Positions 48,693-58,352 of a DNA stretch of 64,000 nucleotides are shown here, piece after piece. Origin of the DNA: a virus (Duplodnaviria; Caudoviricetes); IMG/VR virus record IMGVR_UViG_3300044695_006401; one strand, given 5' to 3'. The stretch's first letter is position 1, and each line of letters begins with the position of its first letter. The position numbers were made by a program, and so were the translations under genes. The notes beneath the pieces are model-generated. The model did no database searches, had not been told where the DNA came from, and saw only the letters and a list, made by a program, of their open reading frames with translations.

Positions 48693-49329
48693 GGTTAACG
48701 GTGTATTAAGAGATACTTTAGGAAAGTTTACGCAACTGTATGAGAAACATTTTATAGAGGAGCAAGACTCAGAATCATTAGGTAAAACTTTTGATTTGGA
48801 CATGTCCGGTAACACTTTTGAACATAATGAAGAAAATGAATTTAAGTATGAAATATTATCAGATGTAACCAGTCTAAATTTAATGGACCATTTTAAATTT
48901 AAAAATAACGATGAACTTTATAGTTTCATGTATGAAGATTTTGTAATGCAAATATTTGGTCACGCCGGATCATCAGAAACATTTACTTTTAATGAGTTAA
49001 ATAATCTTTATCTTGACCACCGTGATTCATGTGATGTGATCATAATCTCAGATGAAATAGGGAGGTCTAAACCAGCGACATTATTTTTTTTATCAAAATT
49101 CGGGTCATTAGTTGAATCGGTAATATTCTATTCCATGTCAACCAAAAACAGATTGTGGGATAATGTCGATGTGTTACTGACATCAAATCCTGAAAATATA
49201 ACAAATGCTCCGTCAGATAAAATAGTTGTAAAATATATTACAGAATATAATAAATCAGTTAAGTGTAACTACGAGATTTCGTCTTTAGGTGAATTTGACG
49301 AATTACTAAAAAAATTAAAATTATGTTAG
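48670..49329 (+). CDS. 5'(3')-nucleotidase (NT5C)-like HAD-fold protein with a degenerate motif I
   Basis: RVGIEVNGVLRD (ExN in place of DxD). Confidence 0.5.
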   Translation: MTKRVGIEVNGVLRDTLGKFTQLYEKHFIEEQDSESLGKTFDLDMSGNTFEHNEENEFKYEILSDVTSLNLMDHFKFKNNDELYSFMYEDFVMQIFGHAGSSETFTFNELNNLYLDHRDSCDVIIISDEIGRSKPATLFFLSKFGSLVESVIFYSMSTKNRLWDNVDVLLTSNPENITNAPSDKIVVKYITEYNKSVKCNYEISSLGEFDELLKKLKLC

Positions 49330-49631
49330 ATTTTTTAGGAGAAAAATACTATATAGACATTGATGAATTAGAACATCAAGTTAGTATGACTAAATCCAAA
49401 ATACCTTTACCTAAAAAAGGTAAAAAAGAGACTGAAGAAAAATCAGAGGAACCTGAACAACAAATAAGTGTTACAAGATACGACACATTCAAATTTTTAA
49501 TTGAGGTCGTTTTGACTGAAAGAGAGGAAATGGATGAGAATTTAGGTATTCATAGTGCTAAAAATTTATCTTTACCATTTAAATTTGCATTTAATACATT
49601 ATTAATGAATAAAATAATAAAACATTTATAA
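49323..49631 (+). CDS. Hypothetical protein
   Basis: 102 aa coupled ORF. Confidence 0.6.
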   Translation: MLDFLGEKYYIDIDELEHQVSMTKSKIPLPKKGKKETEEKSEEPEQQISVTRYDTFKFLIEVVLTEREEMDENLGIHSAKNLSLPFKFAFNTLLMNKIIKHL

Positions 49632-49634
49632 AAC

Positions 49635-50699
49635 ATGGAATTAGAAAAAATACAAAAGGTTGAGGGTTCGATTGAGAACCTTAAATCAAGAAAATCGAGA
49701 ATCTACTTTATGGTGCAAGACACCAAAGGAAATCCAAAGGCATCTGTTAGATATATTTACGACATAGCACTAACTTTATTAAAAAATGGATTCAACCCTA
49801 CAATTATTCACGAAACTACAGATTATACAGGTGTATCAGAATGGTTAGATGAAGAATACATGAAAATTCCACATCTTCCGATAGACGGTCAAAACTTAGC
49901 AATTTCACCTGAAGATTTTATTGTTATACCTGAACTATACTCACATGTGATGGAACAAATAAAAAATTTCCCATGTGCTAAAATTGTTTTGTGTCAAGCA
50001 TATGACTATATGTTAGAGACATTATCGCCAGGTACGACATGGTCCCAATACGGGTTTACTAAATGTATCACAACATCAGATTTCCAAAAAAAATACATTT
50101 CAGAAATTATGAGATCAGGTAGTTTTGATGTATTAAATGTAAATATTCCTTCAGTTTTCAAGAAAAAAGAAAGACCGTCAAAACCAATTATCGCAATCCA
50201 CACCAGAGAACCAAGAGACACTGCAAAAATAATAAAAAGTTTTTACCTTAAATATCCACAATTTAGATGGATCACATTTAGAGATATGAGAGGAATAAAA
50301 CAAGATGATTTCGCAACCTTTTTACAAGAATCGTATCTTTCCATTTGGGTTGATAATGAAAGTGGGTTTGGTACATTCCCTTTAGAGTCTATGATTTCAG
50401 GAACCCCTGTAATTGGAAAAATCCCTAATTTAAAACCTACATGGATGACTGAAGAAAACGGGTTATGGGTTAATAATTACAATGAGATTATTGATGTTGT
50501 TGCAAACTTTACTCAAAATTGGTTAGAGGATAATATATCAGAAACTCTTCATGTTAATATGTCATTAACAGGAGAAGAATACCAAGACCAAGATAAATTC
50601 GAATCATCTGTTGTTGAATTATTTGATGGGTATTTAAAAACCAGATCTCAAATCTTTGAAGAACAATTAGAAAAAATAAAAGTATCAGAAAATAATTAA
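49635..50699 (+). CDS. GT-B glycosyltransferase-like protein
   Basis: VIPELY, ESGFGTFPLESMISGTPVIG. Confidence 0.7.
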   Translation: MELEKIQKVEGSIENLKSRKSRIYFMVQDTKGNPKASVRYIYDIALTLLKNGFNPTIIHETTDYTGVSEWLDEEYMKIPHLPIDGQNLAISPEDFIVIPELYSHVMEQIKNFPCAKIVLCQAYDYMLETLSPGTTWSQYGFTKCITTSDFQKKYISEIMRSGSFDVLNVNIPSVFKKKERPSKPIIAIHTREPRDTAKIIKSFYLKYPQFRWITFRDMRGIKQDDFATFLQESYLSIWVDNESGFGTFPLESMISGTPVIGKIPNLKPTWMTEENGLWVNNYNEIIDVVANFTQNWLEDNISETLHVNMSLTGEEYQDQDKFESSVVELFDGYLKTRSQIFEEQLEKIKVSENN

Positions 50700-50701
50700 T
50701 T

Positions 50702-51514
50702 ATGGAAAAAAATAAATTTGATGTTTCGGTAATCTTACCAGTAAATACATCTATGACAAAAGATTTTGAAGACTTATTCAGTAAGTCAGTTAAATCAGTA
50801 GAAAACCAAATTATTGGTATAACTGAATTAATCGTAGTACACTCAACCGAAGAAAAATTAAAGTCGTTTTTACAATCATATGATTTTAATGGTATTAATG
50901 TAAAATTAGTAGAGAACAATGGTTCATTTGATTTTGCATCTCAGGTAAATTTAGGAGTTAATGAATCGAACGGTGAATGGGTTTCTATTTTAGAGTTTGA
51001 TGATGAGTATTCCTCAATATGGTTTAAAAGTGTAGATAGATATGTAAAATCATATGGTAATGAGGTTGATGCGTATCTTCCGTTGGTTATTGATATTGAC
51101 GATAAAGGGGTGTTCGCAGGGTTTACTAATGAAGCAACTTTCGCAGTAAGCATGAATTCGGAAATGGGAATCCTTAGTAACGACTTATTAATGACATACC
51201 AAAACTTCCAATCAAGTGGTATGGTTATAAGAAAAAATACTTTTAATGAAAATGGTGGTTTCAAACCTTCAATTAAGTTAACTTTTGTATATGAGTTCCT
51301 TTTAAGATTGACATACAACTCAGCTAAAATAATGACAATTCCAAGAATTGGTTACAAACATATGAACATGAGAGAAGGGTCTATTTTTTGGAATTACAAA
51401 TATGGTCAACCTAGTCTGACTGAGAACGAAATTAAATTTTGGTTAGAGTCGGCAAAGAAAGAACATTTTTTCACTTCTGATAGAGAAATAAAATATGTAT
51501 CAGAAACGGTTTAA
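50702..51514 (+). CDS. GT2 glycosyltransferase
   Basis: VSVILPV, VNLGV, ILEFDDEY, YEFLLRL. Confidence 0.8.
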   Translation: MEKNKFDVSVILPVNTSMTKDFEDLFSKSVKSVENQIIGITELIVVHSTEEKLKSFLQSYDFNGINVKLVENNGSFDFASQVNLGVNESNGEWVSILEFDDEYSSIWFKSVDRYVKSYGNEVDAYLPLVIDIDDKGVFAGFTNEATFAVSMNSEMGILSNDLLMTYQNFQSSGMVIRKNTFNENGGFKPSIKLTFVYEFLLRLTYNSAKIMTIPRIGYKHMNMREGSIFWNYKYGQPSLTENEIKFWLESAKKEHFFTSDREIKYVSETV

Positions 51515-52257
51515 TGTCATTAGGTGTTGAATCAATCAATCCACAAGACGAAAAGCAAAAGACGAAAGCAAAAAATAAAAATTATTTTGATGTTCGTGAA
51601 GAAGAAGCGGTTAAAAATTATATAGTTGCCGAAACTTACGAGGAAAAAGAAAAAATATATAATACATACCTTCGTGAACCACTCGACAAAATGATCGAGT
51701 CTATTATACGAAGGTATAAATTATATAGAAAAGACATGGATTATAATGATGTACATAGTGATACTCATTCATTTTTAATGACCAAAGTGGATAAATTCAA
51801 ACCCGCTAAAAATAAAAAAGCATATTCATATTTTGGTACGATTTGTAAAAATTATCTAATGGGCCAAATTTTAAAAGACCAAAAAGAAACCAATCGTAAA
51901 ATTTCATATGAAGACATTTCCTCAACTTTAGAAAATAGACCCGATATGGTTTATTACATGGAGTTTGAAAAAATAGACGCCGAAAAAATTATAGCGATCT
52001 TTTTAAAAGACCTCAAATTATATGTATCAACAAATGTTGATAATGAGAACGAACTAAAATTAGGGTACGCTCTAATAGAGCTTTTTGATAATTATGGGAA
52101 TATTTTTATTGGTAATGATAACAATAAATTTAATAAAAATATAGTGTTGCTGTCGTTAAGAGAAATGACAAATTTGAACACAAAAGAGATTAGAATTTAC
52201 TTGAAAAAATTCAAAGTTTTATACTTAGAGACACTGAAAAAGATTCATAATGAATAA
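51514..52257 (+). CDS. gp55: Phage sigma factor (T4 gp55-like late sigma)
   Basis: NYF at the N-terminus; DKFKPAKNKKAYSYFGTICKNYL resembles the gp55/sigma region 2 FDP.K..N.FAYFT. Confidence 0.65.
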   Translation: MSLGVESINPQDEKQKTKAKNKNYFDVREEEAVKNYIVAETYEEKEKIYNTYLREPLDKMIESIIRRYKLYRKDMDYNDVHSDTHSFLMTKVDKFKPAKNKKAYSYFGTICKNYLMGQILKDQKETNRKISYEDISSTLENRPDMVYYMEFEKIDAEKIIAIFLKDLKLYVSTNVDNENELKLGYALIELFDNYGNIFIGNDNNKFNKNIVLLSLREMTNLNTKEIRIYLKKFKVLYLETLKKIHNE

Positions 52258-52269
52258 TTAAGTTAATAA

Positions 52270-52276
52270 TATTTAT
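52270..52276 (+). promoter_or_regulatory. Late motif TATTTAT (spike operon)
   Basis: 4 nt upstream of the ATG. Confidence 0.6.
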
Positions 52277-52280
52277 TATT

Positions 52281-52646
52281 ATGAACAGACAAAGAAAAAA
52301 AGAAATACTACTCAACAAAGACTCCGTTTTGGGGTTAATGCAAGAAATCTATAACGAATTAGTTGAGCAAAGATCTACAGCGATAAGAATACAAAATAAA
52401 ATGTTAGGTCTTTTGAAAGACGCCGAAGACATGACAGTAATTGGACCGGTTATCAAAGAACAACAAAAAATAATTAATGATACCATAGAAAAGAAATTGT
52501 CTTTGTCAAAATTACAATCATCTATATGGGAAAAGTCAAACAATAGTAAAGAAGATTCATTCACATTATCAGACATGGATGAAGACACTTTACAAACTCT
52601 TATATCAAAAGATGTAAGTAAAGATTCTGATAAGTACAAACTTTAA
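52281..52646 (+). CDS. Hypothetical helical late protein
   Basis: 121 aa coiled-coil; TATTTAT 4 nt upstream. Confidence 0.6.
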   Translation: MNRQRKKEILLNKDSVLGLMQEIYNELVEQRSTAIRIQNKMLGLLKDAEDMTVIGPVIKEQQKIINDTIEKKLSLSKLQSSIWEKSNNSKEDSFTLSDMDEDTLQTLISKDVSKDSDKYKL

Positions 52647-52648
52647 TA

Positions 52649-54595
52649 ATGGGCATAGACAACAGTAAAGATAAGGAAAAGATTAATGATAAGATAAACG
52701 CTTATAAAACTGTCGCTGCCGAAAAAAAAAGAAAAAGGGATCAAAAGAGATTAGCCAATATCAAAGAAAGGGAAGACAAGAAGACTAAAAGAACTCAGGC
52801 AGTAAACGAAGCAAAAGATAAAGTTAAAGATACTGTCGATAATTTATCTAATGTACTTCAAGACCTATTCGAAATATTCAAAGAGGTACTACCTAGTTCT
52901 CAAAATATCAATAACAGGTTGGGGTCCTTAGGCGTTTTAGGGGAGGTTTTTTTACAGGCCGCAGAAAACACAAAATCAAGAATGGTAGAAATTCTAGTTG
53001 AAGAAATGTTATCGACTTTAGGGTGTTCTGAAAACCAAACATTTGATGCATATATTAATGTACCAATTTATATTGAGGTTAAATCTGTAGACTTATTTAA
53101 AATATTAAAAAAAGACCCTACAGACCCTATAGTAAAGTTTTCTTATGAAAAGGAAGCAACTCAAAATGGTACAATACCATATTCTATGAATTTGGAACTA
53201 TACAAAAGGTTGCAGTCCTCGACCAGCTTTCAACAAGATTATGGTAATGGGTTTATTGGATCTTCTGGACAACAACTTTTTGATATACAATATGTGACAT
53301 CTTATGTAACAAACCAGCAAACAATAACTGGAGATTTTTTCAAAATTACACTTCTACAACAAACAAATACTAAAACAGTAAGTAATTTCTTATTTGATTA
53401 TTTCACAAGTATTGAAATTTTTAATTTAGATACCTTAAGTTCAAATATATTGAACTACTTACTTGGGTGTTTCAATATCGAATCCCCTAATGAAGAAGTG
53501 ACCGACTTAGAAACATTCATTTCATTCTTGTTACGGATTATGGGAATATGTACCGACCCATCTAAAAAGATAGATGTTTCCGGTACTGCAAAAATTCCTG
53601 AATTAGATAATATAAATGAAGATTTTTTTGAAGTTAGTAATTTACAAAGAAGGAATATTGAAAATCGTGTTAATTTAATCACTTCAGGTCTTATAGAATT
53701 TGAAAGTTGTGATTCAGTTCTCTTACCTGTAAACCAACAGGCAGCCATTAACATATTAAATGATATTGTATCGTTTAATGATGTACCGGACAAAATTAAC
53801 GGGTTACTTAACGGTTTAGGTGATATTGCAAATGATAATAATTGGCAGGGGTTTAATATACCAACATTGAACATTAATGCAGAAATGCTTACAAAATTGA
53901 TTTTAAATTTACCACACATACTGTTTCAAACAATTTTATCACCAAAAGTAATGTTAGGATTTTTAATTATGGTCAAATCTATACTTTATGGTTTTGATAC
54001 TGCTGTGAATAATTTAGTTGAATTTATTAAAAAATACTCGAAATTAGTAGTTAACACAATGAGAAGAATCTTTTCAATATTTGTTGAGGAGTTATTTGCA
54101 ATTATTAAAAAAGAAATTAAAAAACTTGTTGAGTCACTTTTATTGGATATTATAAATGAAGCCAAGGACAAACAAATCGCGATGTATTCAACAATCGTTT
54201 ATGTAATATTACAACTCGCACAAGCGGTAATTGATTTCAGAAATTGTAAAAGTATTTTAGATGAAATACTTAAACTATTAAATTTAGGTTTGTCACAATT
54301 AAATTTGGGTCTACCCATGTTCGCATTAGCGGCATCCAAGTTACTTGGAGGTGTGTCCGACACACGAGCTTACGCAAATGCGATTGAGAATTTACAAAAG
54401 GCAGGTATACCCACAGACGATAATGGCGACGGAACACCAAATCTAATGAATCAAATGTTAGAGGGGTTAGTAAAAGGTATGAATAAGGAACAAACTGAGA
54501 ATGGAAAAACTGAAATTTATATTCCACCATTAACTGTAGTATCTCTAGGTGCAGGTACTACAAAACCAGCAAAAGGATATGGAAAGTCATACTAA
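52649..54595 (+). CDS. Hypothetical late/structural protein
   Basis: 648 aa, in an operon with the spike gene. Confidence 0.55.
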   Translation: MGIDNSKDKEKINDKINAYKTVAAEKKRKRDQKRLANIKEREDKKTKRTQAVNEAKDKVKDTVDNLSNVLQDLFEIFKEVLPSSQNINNRLGSLGVLGEVFLQAAENTKSRMVEILVEEMLSTLGCSENQTFDAYINVPIYIEVKSVDLFKILKKDPTDPIVKFSYEKEATQNGTIPYSMNLELYKRLQSSTSFQQDYGNGFIGSSGQQLFDIQYVTSYVTNQQTITGDFFKITLLQQTNTKTVSNFLFDYFTSIEIFNLDTLSSNILNYLLGCFNIESPNEEVTDLETFISFLLRIMGICTDPSKKIDVSGTAKIPELDNINEDFFEVSNLQRRNIENRVNLITSGLIEFESCDSVLLPVNQQAAINILNDIVSFNDVPDKINGLLNGLGDIANDNNWQGFNIPTLNINAEMLTKLILNLPHILFQTILSPKVMLGFLIMVKSILYGFDTAVNNLVEFIKKYSKLVVNTMRRIFSIFVEELFAIIKKEIKKLVESLLLDIINEAKDKQIAMYSTIVYVILQLAQAVIDFRNCKSILDEILKLLNLGLSQLNLGLPMFALAASKLLGGVSDTRAYANAIENLQKAGIPTDDNGDGTPNLMNQMLEGLVKGMNKEQTENGKTEIYIPPLTVVSLGAGTTKPAKGYGKSY

Positions 54596-54800
54596 AAAAG
54601 ATTCTGACAAAATATTAGAAATTCTGATGGATTATAAAAATTCATCAAATAAAGATTTAGAATTTGCCTTAGATTTTATTGCAAAAGATTTTTATAAAAC
54701 AAGAGATTTAATTGTGAAACTAACAAAACATTTAGATTCTTCTGAAAACAGTTATAATAAATTAAAAGAAGAGTACAAAAAAAGAATGAATAATGTCTAA
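54579..54800 (+). CDS. Small coiled-coil protein
   Basis: MESHTKKDSDK...; likely ATG at 54579. Confidence 0.55.
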   Translation: MESHTKKDSDKILEILMDYKNSSNKDLEFALDFIAKDFYKTRDLIVKLTKHLDSSENSYNKLKEEYKKRMNNV

Positions 54801-56382
54801 CGAAAATTTCAAACCAACAACAGATAGTTACCAATACGAGATGACTCGTAATTTTTACTGGGGAGAAGTTTTACCTGGTGGAACAAACGACCCATTGATG
54901 TTAGGTAGAATACGAGTTTCTGCTCTCGATGAAACTTATGACCAAAGAATAAAGGCTGCGAAAAACTTTGATCCAGATGGTTTATCCGATATTAACGGTC
55001 CTTGGTCAAAAGAAGATCCTTTCATTTATTTACCGTTTTTACCATTTTTTATCAATCAAATACCACAAGAAAATGAGAGAGTTATGTTATTCTTTTTTGA
55101 TAGGAGAAGAAGGACGGGTAGAAATAAATTTTACATGGTTGCCACTTACTCATCTCCACTTACTATCGGTTATGAAAATAGTAAATCATCAAGAACTCAT
55201 TTAGATGATGGGTATGCTAATTCACAACAAAGTATTCCCCCTATTAAAAATCCTGACGGTACTTACAAAAATCCCGAACAAAATAGTGGTATTTTCGCAG
55301 AACCAATAGATATTTCAATACAGGGTAGAGACACATCAGATATTATTTTAAAAAAGAATGACTTACTTTTAAGATCCGGCAAACATTTACCATTCGAAAA
55401 AGGACAGATTCCCGCATTAAATAATAAAAGGGCTTTTATTCAAATGTCTAAGTTTGATAAAAAAATAACTTTTGGTGAAGAGCAAAGATTACAAAGAATA
55501 AATCAAAGAACCGAATATATTAAATTTATTGTTGAGTATTATTGTATAACTCCAAATGTTGCACCGAATATTGATGTATTCACTGGTGGTGTTTACATAT
55601 ACCAAATACCTGAAGACATAAAACCTTACGAACTTAAAGTGGGTGTTTTTGATGTAGGCACAAACTATACAGGAACCACTAATTTAATTTATAGTAGACA
55701 GATTATCGCACAATCCATGGATAATTTTGCACTTACTGTAAATCAAGTGGTAAAAGATTTCAAAGATAGTCCACAAACACTAACAAGTGTAAAAGATGGT
55801 GATCAGTTTGTTTTTTATTATAGACCTGATTTTGCAATACGAGAAACTGTAAGCAACTTCACGGGAAATATTGATGTTATGTCAATAACAAATATGTCAA
55901 CACTTATGTCAAAAGTTTATGCTTCTGCATCTGATGTTATTACAGGATATGGTTTAGTTATTAATAAAGATCTTGATAAAGACTTACCAACTGAGGTGAT
56001 TAACGAAAACCAAAGAGAAGTTACAGTAGAAAATATAAATTATACTACCAATCTTATAGGTGCCGATAGTTTATATTTACTTTCACACGACACAAAAATT
56101 CCAGGAAAAGACAAGGTAAATTTAGAAAATACTCTTTACGGTATAGGTCCTGAATTAGTATCTAATAACATTGACCCCAACACATCCTCCATGGTGAGGG
56201 GTGACGAGCTCATGGATTTATTACAATTAATTGTAAAGTTTTTAGTTACCCATGACCACCCATACCCAATGTTACCCCCAACACCTGTTAGTAAAGCTTC
56301 AGGTATACAAGTTAATCAAGTCTTAACTAAATTAGAAGAAGCATACGAGAAAGTTTTAAATAAAAAAATTCGAATTAATTAA
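54793..56382 (+). CDS. Baseplate central spike (gp5/VgrG-type OB-fold)
   Basis: WGEV...DPLMLGRIRV...IPQENERVMLFF; C-terminal GDELMDLL...THDHP. Confidence 0.7.
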   Translation: MSNENFKPTTDSYQYEMTRNFYWGEVLPGGTNDPLMLGRIRVSALDETYDQRIKAAKNFDPDGLSDINGPWSKEDPFIYLPFLPFFINQIPQENERVMLFFFDRRRRTGRNKFYMVATYSSPLTIGYENSKSSRTHLDDGYANSQQSIPPIKNPDGTYKNPEQNSGIFAEPIDISIQGRDTSDIILKKNDLLLRSGKHLPFEKGQIPALNNKRAFIQMSKFDKKITFGEEQRLQRINQRTEYIKFIVEYYCITPNVAPNIDVFTGGVYIYQIPEDIKPYELKVGVFDVGTNYTGTTNLIYSRQIIAQSMDNFALTVNQVVKDFKDSPQTLTSVKDGDQFVFYYRPDFAIRETVSNFTGNIDVMSITNMSTLMSKVYASASDVITGYGLVINKDLDKDLPTEVINENQREVTVENINYTTNLIGADSLYLLSHDTKIPGKDKVNLENTLYGIGPELVSNNIDPNTSSMVRGDELMDLLQLIVKFLVTHDHPYPMLPPTPVSKASGIQVNQVLTKLEEAYEKVLNKKIRIN

Positions 56383-56383
56383 G

Positions 56384-56390
56384 TATTTAT
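56384..56390 (+). promoter_or_regulatory. Late motif TATTTAT
   Basis: GTATTTATAGATA, same context as at the sheath gene. Confidence 0.6.
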
Positions 56391-56403
56391 AGATAAAAGT
56401 AAA

Positions 56404-57882
56404 ATGTCTATATATAAGTCTTATTTTAGTAAATCTAATACTCTAATATATAATTCATACACCAATACGGCAAGAAATCCGATTGTTGAATTATTCTATG
56501 GTAGAGTGGATAATCTTAGTGTGCCGGTTGGTTATAGTAGATACATTTTTGATATCGATCTTACTAATTTGACTAATCATATTCAATCATCGGTAATTTC
56601 TACGGGTTGTACTTCCGCAATGACACATACATTAAAAATGACAAATACTTCATTTTTTGATAATGAGTTATTAAATAGTAAAACATCACAAGGAAGAAGA
56701 AGGGCCACATCATTTGATTTAGTTTTATTTAGAATACCTAAATATTCAGGAACTACCGGTGTTCCACAACAATGGGACAGTGGTGTTGGTTATGATTACT
56801 ATGATTTTGGGGTGACGGATTTAAATGATAGACCTTTTTCTGATAGACCGTCCAATTGGTTTCAGACAACCACACTTTCAGGATGGTCATACAATGGAAT
56901 CTATAATAATACTAATTCATTAACAGGTACAACAGGTTTAAATTTCTCAGGTCTCACTATAGTAGACAGACAACATTTTGAATTTGGAAATGAAAACATT
57001 GAGTTTGATATGACTCAAGAAATCAATGGTATTATTCATGGTACAATTACAGGCACTACAGGTTGGGGTATTGCATTTTATCCGCAATTAGAAAATATCA
57101 CAGGATTAACTGAAAACTATTCTGTTGGGTTTTTCTCCCCTCATACACAAACATTTTATGAACCATATTTAGAGACTTCTTATGATGATTTAATTATCGA
57201 CCAACGAAACCAATTCTATTCAGGTAATAATAATGATCTATTTTTATATGTTTATGAAAATGGTAACTACATTAACTTAGACCAAGACCCACTTGTAAAC
57301 ATCATAGATGGTGCTGGTGAACCTGTAAGTGGTTTCACAGGACTTTCTACCTGTTTAGTAACGAAAGGTGTTTACAAGGTAACTATTTCAGGGTTAACGG
57401 CGAATACAGTTCCGTGTGTGTTCTACGATGTGTGGAGTGGATTAAGTGTGAACAATGTTGAAATCCCTGATGTCGAAAATGAATTTATTCTTTTGAAGAA
57501 ATATGGTAATATCAAAATAGGAACTACCACTGAAACCCCTAAGTTATATGGGTTCTCTTTTGATGGGATTAAACAAAACGAAAAGGTTTTAAACACGGAT
57601 GTTAGAAAAGTAAATATAACCATCAAGAAGGCTTACACATCGAACCAACCATTAGATAACATAGAAGCATATTACAGAATATATGTAAGAGAGGGAGCAA
57701 ACACTGAGGTTCAGGTTCAAGATTGGACAAGAATAAACCAAACAACAGATGGTTACTATTTCATGTTTGATACAACCGATAAGATACCTAATGAATATTT
57801 TGTGGATATAAAAGTAAATTCTGATAGAAATATCGATACATATAAAAGGGAACTTCAGTTCCAAATTGTAAATAAAAAATAA
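56404..57882 (+). CDS. Virion structural beta-sandwich protein
   Basis: Late motif upstream; many [ST]G.[ST] motifs; Ig-like C-terminus. Confidence 0.55.
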   Translation: MSIYKSYFSKSNTLIYNSYTNTARNPIVELFYGRVDNLSVPVGYSRYIFDIDLTNLTNHIQSSVISTGCTSAMTHTLKMTNTSFFDNELLNSKTSQGRRRATSFDLVLFRIPKYSGTTGVPQQWDSGVGYDYYDFGVTDLNDRPFSDRPSNWFQTTTLSGWSYNGIYNNTNSLTGTTGLNFSGLTIVDRQHFEFGNENIEFDMTQEINGIIHGTITGTTGWGIAFYPQLENITGLTENYSVGFFSPHTQTFYEPYLETSYDDLIIDQRNQFYSGNNNDLFLYVYENGNYINLDQDPLVNIIDGAGEPVSGFTGLSTCLVTKGVYKVTISGLTANTVPCVFYDVWSGLSVNNVEIPDVENEFILLKKYGNIKIGTTTETPKLYGFSFDGIKQNEKVLNTDVRKVNITIKKAYTSNQPLDNIEAYYRIYVREGANTEVQVQDWTRINQTTDGYYFMFDTTDKIPNEYFVDIKVNSDRNIDTYKRELQFQIVNKK

Positions 57883-57884
57883 TT

Positions 57885-58352
57885 ATGGGCAACATAGAAA
57901 GAATAATAAGAAAAGTATTAAATGAAGATCATAGAATGAACAATTCAAGATACATGTTTTTTTCTAATTTACAACAGATGAGAAGACAATGTGATCTATT
58001 GTTAGATTTAGACCCAAACATGGTGGAGAGTATTTTAGAAAATGGTCACGATTGGGCCCAAGATCATATCGCAGAGGCTAAAAACAACATGGATCAAGTT
58101 TTTGATTTTTTGATGAATGAATCAAAAAAAGATGGTATGGAACTTTCTATGAATATCGATGACGAGGATATGATGATGATTGAGGGTAGAAAAAAAACAG
58201 GGACTAAACTTTGTGCAAGAGGTAAGTCGGCAGCTAAAGCAAAATATGATGTGTATCCTTCAGCTTATGCCAATGGGTACGCAATACAAGTATGTAAAGG
58301 AAAAATAAAAGGACTTGATGGTCAAAAAAGATGTTCAGGAACTTATTGTTAA
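57885..58352 (+). CDS. Hypothetical late protein (YPSAYANG module)
   Basis: IRKVLNE leader; basic Cys-containing C-terminus. Confidence 0.6.
   Translation: MGNIERIIRKVLNEDHRMNNSRYMFFSNLQQMRRQCDLLLDLDPNMVESILENGHDWAQDHIAEAKNNMDQVFDFLMNESKKDGMELSMNIDDEDMMMIEGRKKTGTKLCARGKSAAKAKYDVYPSAYANGYAIQVCKGKIKGLDGQKRCSGTYC

Noticed and set aside
52281-52646. Small terminase assignment
   Set aside because: It is only generically helical; there is no large terminase nearby and no recognisable motif.
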